DNA of 18,115 bases, from positions 1 through 18,115 of IMG/VR virus record IMGVR_UViG_3300045988_171219, one strand, 5' to 3'. This DNA is from a virus. Below are positions 1 through 5,945 of the stretch, piece after piece. A model generated the notes under the pieces. That model ran no database searches. It was given only the letters and a program-made list of their open reading frames with translations, and was not told the origin of the DNA. A program made the translations under genes and the position numbers. Position 1 is the stretch's first letter, and each line of letters starts with the position of its first letter.

Positions 1-39
1 GCTATTTCAACATCTTAATAATTTAGATGTTGAAATAGC
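1..39. repeat. Terminal hairpin palindrome (15-bp arms, 9-nt loop)
   Basis: GCTATTTCAACATCT (1-15) is the perfect complement of AGATGTTGAAATAGC (25-39). The loop is TAATAATTT (16-24). Confidence 0.9.
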
Positions 40-162
40 AAAGTTAGTTATGTATATACATTGTATATACCCCCATTAATGCCAATACACTGACAATATA
101 GGCAACTGAGAGGCAAGGGGCTAGGGGTAAGTTGGCAATATGGTGGAGGAAATAGTCAAATT

Positions 163-205
163 GCGTTAAAAAGTGGCTGTTATTCATTGGCAATGGTGTT
201 ATAAT
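163..205 (+). promoter_or_regulatory. ITR-L inward-facing promoter (extended -10) with upstream 16-nt motif
   Basis: TGTTATAAT has TG at 197-198 and TATAAT at 200-205. The -35 is weak (CTGTTA 177-182). The motif GCGTTAAAAAGTGGCT (163-178) ends 21 nt before the -10. SD GAGGAGG (221-227) and ATG 236 follow. Confidence 0.55.
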
Positions 206-235
206 ATTTATATCAATTGAGAGGAGGAAAAGCAT

Positions 236-355
236 ATGGCAAATACAATTGATAAATATCTTAATAATTTAGATGTTGAAATAGCATACCTAAAATATGT
301 TGCTGAACAACTAAAATTGTTAAATGAAGAACTAGAAGAAAGCGAGGTAAAATAA
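236..355 (+). CDS. ITR-encoded 39-aa acidic coiled-coil-like protein (left copy)
   Basis: ATG 236 lies 8 nt after SD GAGGAGG. Translation is MANTIDKYLNNLDVEIAYLKYVAEQLKLLNEELEESEVK with stop TAA at 353-355. It is too short for the ORF track, and an identical copy lies at 17761-17880(-). Confidence 0.55.
   Translation: MANTIDKYLNNLDVEIAYLKYVAEQLKLLNEELEESEVK
258..286 (+). repeat. Internal direct copy of the terminal 29-mer (identical to 12-40)
   Basis: ATCTTAATAATTTAGATGTTGAAATAGCA occurs at 12-40 and again at 258-286, inside the 39-aa ORF. Mirrored copies lie at 18076-18104 and 17830-17858. Confidence 0.9.
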
Positions 356-359
356 AATG

Positions 360-387
360 TTGACAATGAAAATTAAAGTGTTATAAT
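360..387 (+). promoter_or_regulatory. Left early promoter (sigma-A type)
   Basis: TTGACA (360-365), a 16-nt spacer, then TGTTATAAT (TATAAT 382-387). It starts exactly at the inner ITR boundary and is followed by SD AGGAG and ATG 414. Confidence 0.6.
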
Positions 388-413
388 TAATATAAGAAAG
401 GAGAAAAGCATAT

Positions 414-689
414 ATGAAAGAATTTAAAAATGTAAAAATTGCAAATGAAGGTATTTTAAAAATGATGAGCGATTTTAAAATAATTATTGATAAAGAAGAT
501 GGAAAAATATCTGGTGTTATGATAAAAGATAATGAAATTAGAATATACGAAATTTTAATGTCTTTAATGATTTATATTGAAAATATGATTATAAATAAAG
601 ATAATGAATTTAAGTTTACTGATTTAATACAAATATCTGCACAATGTTTATCAATAGTAAAAGCATGTGAAAAGAAAGGAGATAACTAA
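414..689 (+). CDS. Early protein, 91 aa, unknown function
   Basis: ORF with SD AAGGAG about 8 nt upstream of ATG 414. First gene after the early promoter. No motif recognised. Confidence 0.6.
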   Translation: MKEFKNVKIANEGILKMMSDFKIIIDKEDGKISGVMIKDNEIRIYEILMSLMIYIENMIINKDNEFKFTDLIQISAQCLSIVKACEKKGDN

Positions 690-690
690 T

Positions 691-1137
691 ATGATAAGAT
701 ATAAAACTATTTATGATTTATATTCTGAGTGGAGCAACAATGAAGAATTACCTGTTAAGATAATTATGTATGATAATGGAGAAGTTTATTATAGAGTTAA
801 AAATGGTGATTTAAATTGTATGTATCAAAATAAATGTGGACATTTATTGTCTTTTACTAATGAAGTTGATAAATGGAAAACAATAATATGTTATTATTCA
901 ATAAATATTCTAGATGAAACAGAAAAGAAATATTTAGAGAGTGTAATAAAACCTTTTAGAAATAAAATTATACATATTGCAAAATACTCATATAGTGTTG
1001 GTGAATACATATCAATATGTTATAAAGATACGAATAAAATTCATGGTTTTATAAATTTACCTAGTTTTAAATCTAACACCATGTATAAAGGTATGGAAAT
1101 TGGTAGAGAGTATAGTTTAAAGGAGTTAGGAATATGA
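691..1137 (+). CDS. Early protein, 148 aa, unknown function
   Basis: ATG 691 is preceded by SD AAAGGAG (676-682). It is preferred over the track's GTG at 667, which overlaps the upstream gene. Confidence 0.6.
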   Translation: MIRYKTIYDLYSEWSNNEELPVKIIMYDNGEVYYRVKNGDLNCMYQNKCGHLLSFTNEVDKWKTIICYYSINILDETEKKYLESVIKPFRNKIIHIAKYSYSVGEYISICYKDTNKIHGFINLPSFKSNTMYKGMEIGREYSLKELGI

Positions 1138-1391
1138 TAACAAATATAAAATTAACTAAAGATGATAAAAAGTTGTTAAAATCAATGAAAGAAAAATACA
1201 ATTGTGAAATTAATATTAAACCTAGGTTAGGAGTATATTTTATAGAAGGTGATAATTTTGAGATATTAAGTAGTATATTATTTATTCTACTTAAAATGTT
1301 AGAAAGGGAAATAACACTAACTGAAACTCAACGTAACATACTGGTAACAGGGTTTGGTGTTTTAAAAGAACGATTAAATGATAGAGGATAA
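1134..1391 (+). CDS. Early protein, 85 aa, unknown function
   Basis: ATGA start/stop overlap with the upstream gene. SD AAGGAG at 1121-1126. Confidence 0.6.
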   Translation: MITNIKLTKDDKKLLKSMKEKYNCEINIKPRLGVYFIEGDNFEILSSILFILLKMLEREITLTETQRNILVTGFGVLKERLNDRG

Positions 1392-1393
1392 AA

Positions 1394-1669
1394 ATGAGAG
1401 ATGTAATGATGATTAGTATCCCAACAAAAACAAGTTTTAAAGATTTGGAAGAATATATTAAAGATTTTAATAATAAATGTGAGGTACAAGCAACATATAA
1501 TTTTAAAGATAGAATCCTTGAACTTGAACATAAAAAAGATAGATGTATTATAGCATGTAATACTATATTAGACGCAATGATTATTCTTCAAGGTGTGTTT
1601 GTTGGAATATTTAAGTATAATGATACTCAAATAGATTTGAGGGGGTTAAAACATGAGAGTAAAAGTTGA
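1394..1669 (+). CDS. Early protein, 91 aa, unknown function
   Basis: SD AGAGGA just upstream of ATG 1394. Tightly packed within the operon. Confidence 0.6.
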   Translation: MRDVMMISIPTKTSFKDLEEYIKDFNNKCEVQATYNFKDRILELEHKKDRCIIACNTILDAMIILQGVFVGIFKYNDTQIDLRGLKHESKS

Positions 1670-1913
1670 TAATTATTACCGAATTGCTTTACCTAAAAGT
1701 GTTTTAGATATGTTAGAAATCAATAAAGGTGATGAATTAAAACTTGAATATGATAGTATTAATAAAGTTATAACTTTAAATAAAGGTGTAATGAAAGATA
1801 TAAAACATTTAATTAAAATGAGACTTAAAAAAGACATAAGTAAAAGTGAAGAAAATTTTTTAATTAATTTACTTAGTGTAAGTGAGGTTAATAATGATAA
1901 AGATAAAAAGTGA
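1653..1913 (+). CDS. AbrB/SpoVT (MazE-like) family DNA-binding protein, 86 aa; candidate phage transcription regulator
   Basis: The N-terminus MRVKVDNYYRIALPKSVLDMLEINKGDELKLEYD fits the swapped-hairpin AbrB/SpoVT signature (R-I-x-L/I-P-K ... GD-x-L). SD GAGGGGG lies upstream of ATG 1653. Confidence 0.6.
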   Translation: MRVKVDNYYRIALPKSVLDMLEINKGDELKLEYDSINKVITLNKGVMKDIKHLIKMRLKKDISKSEENFLINLLSVSEVNNDKDKK

Positions 1914-2103
1914 TTTTAACGAAGATACAGAACTTGTAGATGTTAATTTTGAAATGAGTAATAGTTCTAATGGTGAGGTTATTAGTGTGGTATGTGTATT
2001 ATATGAATTTTTACTAGAACATGGTAAAACTACAAAAGATATTGAAAGAGAAGTTATAGAAATGTTAAAAACTAGTAAAGATAGAAAGCGAGATAATAAA
2101 TAA
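1894..2103 (+). CDS. Early protein, 69 aa, unknown function
   Basis: ATG 1894 follows SD GAGG (1884-1887). It is preferred over the track's GTG at 1882. Confidence 0.55.
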   Translation: MIKIKSDFNEDTELVDVNFEMSNSSNGEVISVVCVLYEFLLEHGKTTKDIEREVIEMLKTSKDRKRDNK

Positions 2104-2339
2104 TGAATATAGCAATTATATTATTAGCGTTTACTACAATAATTAATGCACTTCATATAAGTTATATTTATAAAGAATTATCAAAAAGAATTGATAAAGA
2201 ACGTATGTATTTAATTGATTTAATACATAATAGATGTAATCAAACTGAATATGAAATTGGTGTGAATATACAAAAAATAATAAATGATATTAAAAGTGGT
2301 AAATTAAAGAAAGACCCTAATAAAAAGAAACAAGATTAA
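2103..2339 (+). CDS. Small membrane protein, 78 aa (N-terminal TM helix, basic C-terminus)
   Basis: TAATG stop/start overlap with the upstream gene. MNIAIILLAFTTIINALHISYIY is a hydrophobic helix. Last gene before the terminator. Confidence 0.5.
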   Translation: MNIAIILLAFTTIINALHISYIYKELSKRIDKERMYLIDLIHNRCNQTEYEIGVNIQKIINDIKSGKLKKDPNKKKQD

Positions 2340-2357
2340 TTGTTTCTTTTATTTTTT
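2323..2357 (+). terminator. Rho-independent terminator of the left early operon
   Basis: An 11-bp stem pairs AAAAGAAACAA (2323-2333) with TTGTTTCTTTT (2340-2350) around a 6-nt loop, followed by ATTTTTT. Confidence 0.7.
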
Positions 2358-2361
2358 GTAT

Positions 2362-2407
2362 TTTAGTTAACATAATAAATATTATTTAGTTAACATAATA
2401 AATATTA
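2362..2407 (+). repeat. Two perfect tandem 23-bp repeats upstream of the late promoter (candidate operator or activator sites)
   Basis: TTTAGTTAACATAATAAATATTA occurs at 2362-2384 and 2385-2407. A third, partial unit (TTTACATAAAC) begins at 2408. Each unit contains ATAATA-AA-TATTAT dyad symmetry and a GTTAAC palindrome. Confidence 0.85.
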
Positions 2408-2436
2408 TTTACATAAACACGAACGTATGTTATAAT
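2408..2436 (+). promoter_or_regulatory. Late operon promoter (near-consensus sigma-A type)
   Basis: TTTACA (2408-2413), a 17-nt spacer, then TGTTATAAT (TATAAT 2431-2436). SD GAGGTGG (2444-2450) and ATG 2456 follow directly. Confidence 0.6.
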
Positions 2437-2455
2437 TATATTAGAGGTGGATAAT

Positions 2456-2782
2456 ATGAAAGATGAAGAATACAACAATTTATTAGAAGAAGTTGTAAAA
2501 GATGATACTAGTATTGAACGAAAACTAGAAATATGTAAAACATTGCAAGATGATAGAAAAGCAAGTTTAGACGCATATCAAGAGTTAAGTGATAATACTG
2601 GTAAGTTACAGGCAGATTATAAAGCCTTGAAAAATCAAAAGGTTACAGAGTTTTTTAATTCTGGTGTTAAAGTTGAGGAAAATACTCAAATTTTAGGAGA
2701 TGAAGAAGATGATGAACCTAAAGAAAAAACTTATGATGAAATTGTTGATGACATGTTAGGAGTGAGTGAAAATGCCAACTAA
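2456..2782 (+). CDS. Scaffolding protein (phi29 gp7-like), 108 aa
   Basis: Acidic, helical protein directly upstream of and overlapping the capsid gene. As recalled, the N-terminal half runs parallel to phi29 gp7 (EE..LL......ER..E....L......Y..L....KL.A). ATG 2456 with SD is preferred over the track's GTG at 2447. Confidence 0.65.
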   Translation: MKDEEYNNLLEEVVKDDTSIERKLEICKTLQDDRKASLDAYQELSDNTGKLQADYKALKNQKVTEFFNSGVKVEENTQILGDEEDDEPKEKTYDEIVDDMLGVSENAN

Positions 2783-4094
2783 GGCAGAAACAAATGGTGT
2801 TGCAATGCTTAATAGCATAAGACAGGCTATTATTGGACAATCTAACGAACTTAATTTTGCTGACAGAATACCTTTAGCAACTCAAGCAAATATTAAAGAG
2901 TTTGGGGCTAGTCTTATGGAATATGAACCCGCTATTAATGCGTTTGTAAACGAACTTGTTAATCGTATAGGATATACGTATATAACAAGAAAAAATATGA
3001 CTAACACCTTAAAATTTTTGAAAAAAGGTAAGTTAGATTTTGGAGATACTATCCAAGATATTATGGTTGATATTGCTAAAGCACATACATTCGCAAGTGC
3101 ACCAAAAACTGGTGAAGAATGTGATGTATTCGCAGTAAATAAACCTGATGTAAAAGTAGCATATTATAGTGTTAATAGAGAGGACCAATACCCTATTACA
3201 ATTAATGAAGATATGTTAAAAATGGCTTTCATGAGTTATGATAAATTATCAAGATTTGTTTCTAGTATTCTTGATAGTGTATATAATGCTGATGAAGTTG
3301 ATGAATTTATTCTATTTAAAAATTTAATTGGTAAGACATTATCTAATTCTTATTTAGTTAAAGTTGATAAACCTATTGATAGAAACACCGCTGAGGCTTT
3401 TAGTGAAAAAATGAGAACATACTCATATGCTATGAGTTTTCCAAGTAGAAAATATAACAGAGCGGGTGTAGCAACTAGAACTAATTTAGAAGAACAATTA
3501 CTAATTATGCGTTCTGATATCGCACCTGTAATTGATGTTAGACAACTTGCTAATAATTTCCAATTAAATTATGGTAAACCTTTAGCGGGAAGAATTGTTC
3601 TTGTTGATGATTTTGGAGATTTTAGTAATATTCTAGGTGGTTTAATTGATAAAGATTTTGCGATGATATATGATGTAACATATAAAATGACTAGTCAATA
3701 CAATGCTAGACACCTATATTGGAATTATTTCTTAACTCATAGACAAGTAATTGCTTCAAGTTTTTATGCTAATGCAGTTGGGTTTACAACAGAAGATGTT
3801 GTATTTGCAATTAATAGCATAAATATAGAACCTAAAGAACAATCTATAAGAAAAGGATATAATGGAAGTGTTGATGTTGTTGTTGACTTTACTGGACAAG
3901 GGGATACATCTTATACATTAACTATAAGTGGTAATGTTTCAAATGCCACTAAGATTGAACAAGACGGAAAAATCTATATTGGTGCTGATGAAACCGCTAG
4001 TGCTATCACTATCACAGCCACAAGCACAGCAAAATTTGGAACTAGTGAACCGAAACCTGTTACTGGTACGGCTAGTGTAAAGGTTAAAAATTAA
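2772..4094 (+). CDS. Major capsid protein (phi29 gp8-like) with C-terminal Ig-like (Big_2-type) domain, 440 aa
   Basis: Several blocks parallel phi29 gp8 as recalled: IPLATQANIKEFG, VNRIGYTYI, SFVSSILDSVYNADEVDEF, LYWNYF and FYANAVGF. The last ~90 aa (YTLTISG...ITITATSTA...ASVKV) look like a Big_2 domain. SD GGAG at 2759-2762; start ATG 2772. Confidence 0.9.
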   Translation: MPTKAETNGVAMLNSIRQAIIGQSNELNFADRIPLATQANIKEFGASLMEYEPAINAFVNELVNRIGYTYITRKNMTNTLKFLKKGKLDFGDTIQDIMVDIAKAHTFASAPKTGEECDVFAVNKPDVKVAYYSVNREDQYPITINEDMLKMAFMSYDKLSRFVSSILDSVYNADEVDEFILFKNLIGKTLSNSYLVKVDKPIDRNTAEAFSEKMRTYSYAMSFPSRKYNRAGVATRTNLEEQLLIMRSDIAPVIDVRQLANNFQLNYGKPLAGRIVLVDDFGDFSNILGGLIDKDFAMIYDVTYKMTSQYNARHLYWNYFLTHRQVIASSFYANAVGFTTEDVVFAINSINIEPKEQSIRKGYNGSVDVVVDFTGQGDTSYTLTISGNVSNATKIEQDGKIYIGADETASAITITATSTAKFGTSEPKPVTGTASVKVKN

Positions 4095-5941
4095 TGGTAA
4101 TTAGACCAACGAACGAGGTGCGTATCTATAAGAACGTACCTTTTTCAATAGATTATAAAAATATTATGGACTTTAGTTCGGTGGCGGAACAGAGTGCATA
4201 TTTTAATTCTTTACCTCAAAAGACATTTAGTAATTTAACATATACTAGAAATAATGGTACAATTATAGTTAATGGAAATCGTGATACATTACTTGATTAT
4301 AATTATATGTCTTTTGTTAATAAAGATTATGGAAATAAAACATTTTATGCTTTTATTACCAATGTTAGATATTCAAGTGCTAATGCTTCATATATAGATT
4401 TTGTAATTGATGAGTGGCAAACATGGTGTTTTGATGTTAATTTTAAAGAAAGTTTTATTGAAAGAAAACATTGTAAAAGGTGGAATAGCGACGGAACACC
4501 CGTAATAAATACGCAAGATGAGGGACTAGATTTTGGTAGTGAATATATTGTAAAAGACCATAGAGAATATAATAACAATCTTTATTGGGTGTGTTATGTT
4601 ACTAGTGTTGAAAATTATGACGCCATTTATTCAAGACCAAAAGATATACCCAACCAATTAGCGGTATTTTATGCCCCAATATATAAAACAACTAATAACA
4701 CGATTGCACAATGGAAATTAGGTGATGTCTATATGGCTTCACATGACACTATTACCAATAGATTTAGGAATAGTGATAAGTTAGTTAATAGGTTAAAAAG
4801 TGTTTTCATAGTAAGTGAACCCCCGTTTAGTTATACTTATACAATAAGTGGTGGCTATATTAATGTTACATCTAATGATTTAAAAGTTACTAAAATTCAA
4901 TGGGGGAGCGAAGAAACCTATTCAATAAATATGGGATATTGGGTAAGTAATAAAAACCCCGCTAACACTTTAAGAACTTTTCCAAAATATGGTAATTTAA
5001 AAAATAATATTACTGAAAGTAAATTATTAATGTTTCCGTATTCATATGTTCAAATTGTAGACGGACAAGGAAATAGTTTTGATATTAAAAATGAATATCT
5101 AGACGATACACAAATAAATGTTCGTACATTTACAAGTGGTGGGTTAAATAGTAAACAAGCCCATATAGTTGAACATTATAGATATAAAGGTGTCAACTTG
5201 AATTATTGTAGGTGGGAACTAGGTAATGGTGTTATTAATAATTTTCCTAATAATTTAACAATTATTGATGACTATTCGGCAGCATACTTGCAAGGAAATG
5301 CTAATCAAATTAATCAATCTGTTAATGCAACACTTAATCAATCTCAACTTAATAATGTTTTAGCACAAAATACAGCAAGGGCTAGTCAATCGGCTTCACT
5401 TGTTAGAGGTGTTGGTGATACTATTGGTGGTGGAATAGTTCAACCTTTAGTGGGTGCTGGTGGTGGAATTAAAGCCTTAGGAGATTATACAGCAACTGTT
5501 ATTACTAGTGAACAACAAGTTGAAAATACTGAATTACAAGGTAATTTAACAAGTGAAAATGCTGTTAAAAGTGCTTTAGCAAAAAAACAAGACGCCCAAA
5601 ATGTGGCGGATAATGTTTCTCTACAAGGTGGAGATGTATATTTTACATTTCAAAATCAATATAATGGTTATTGTCTTGTTTATAAACAAATATCTGATGA
5701 ATACATAAGAGTGTTAGAAGATTATTTTAAAAAATATGGCTATGCATATAATAGAATAGAAACACCACTTTTACGTACTAGAAAATCGTGGGATTATATA
5801 AGATGTATAGACGCAAATATAACGGGGAATATTAATGAAAATTCCTTAGAAAAAATAAAAACTATATTTAATCAAGGTGTAACAATATGGCACACTACTG
5901 ATGTTGGTAATTATAGTTTAAATAATGATGAAAGGACATAA
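4094..5941 (+). CDS. Tail knob / distal tube protein (phi29 gp9-like), 615 aa
   Basis: Blocks colinear with phi29 gp9 as recalled: NVPFSIDYKN, DYGNKTFYAFIT, FKESFIERKH..WNSDGTPVINTQDEGLDFGSEY, ESKLLMFPYSY, DDYSAAYLQGNANQ, YFKKYGYAYNRIE..LRTRK and IFNQGVTIWHT..VGNYS. Confidence 0.9.
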   Translation: MVIRPTNEVRIYKNVPFSIDYKNIMDFSSVAEQSAYFNSLPQKTFSNLTYTRNNGTIIVNGNRDTLLDYNYMSFVNKDYGNKTFYAFITNVRYSSANASYIDFVIDEWQTWCFDVNFKESFIERKHCKRWNSDGTPVINTQDEGLDFGSEYIVKDHREYNNNLYWVCYVTSVENYDAIYSRPKDIPNQLAVFYAPIYKTTNNTIAQWKLGDVYMASHDTITNRFRNSDKLVNRLKSVFIVSEPPFSYTYTISGGYINVTSNDLKVTKIQWGSEETYSINMGYWVSNKNPANTLRTFPKYGNLKNNITESKLLMFPYSYVQIVDGQGNSFDIKNEYLDDTQINVRTFTSGGLNSKQAHIVEHYRYKGVNLNYCRWELGNGVINNFPNNLTIIDDYSAAYLQGNANQINQSVNATLNQSQLNNVLAQNTARASQSASLVRGVGDTIGGGIVQPLVGAGGGIKALGDYTATVITSEQQVENTELQGNLTSENAVKSALAKKQDAQNVADNVSLQGGDVYFTFQNQYNGYCLVYKQISDEYIRVLEDYFKKYGYAYNRIETPLLRTRKSWDYIRCIDANITGNINENSLEKIKTIFNQGVTIWHTTDVGNYSLNNDERT

Positions 5942-5945
5942 TTTT

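Larger units (their letters stand above)
1..361. repeat. Left inverted terminal repeat (ITR-L), 361 bp
   Basis: Base-by-base comparison shows 1-361 is the exact reverse complement of 17755-18115. Identity ends after AAAATGTT: the left arm continues GACAATG and the right arm (reverse-complemented) continues AAAATGT. The identical 63-aa track ORFs at 44-235(-) and 17881-18072(+) are a by-product of this repeat. Confidence 0.95.

Noticed and set aside
1-39. Covalently closed hairpin telomeres of the N15/protelomerase type
   Set aside because: No protelomerase or telomere-resolution gene is present, whereas a terminal protein and a protein-primed polymerase clearly are. The hairpin is discussed as an open-ended snap-back or an artefact instead.
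44-235. 63-aa ORF in the ITR (and its mirror at 17881-18072)
   Set aside because: It reads outward toward the genome end and has no SD upstream. Its start overlaps the SD and ATG of the inward 39-aa ORF, and it runs through the promoter and phased motifs. The peptide has no protein-like features. It appears twice only because of the ITR.
667-690. Upstream alternative starts used by the ORF track (GTG 667, GTG 1882, GTG 2447, GTG 2766, ATG 5925, GTG 9747, and the start at 9967)
   Set aside because: In each case an in-frame ATG a few codons downstream (40 codons in the case of 9967) is preceded by a proper GGAG-type SD at 6-10 nt. Using it removes or reduces overlap with the upstream gene. The starts adopted are 691, 1894, 2456, 2772, 5946, 9765 and 10087.
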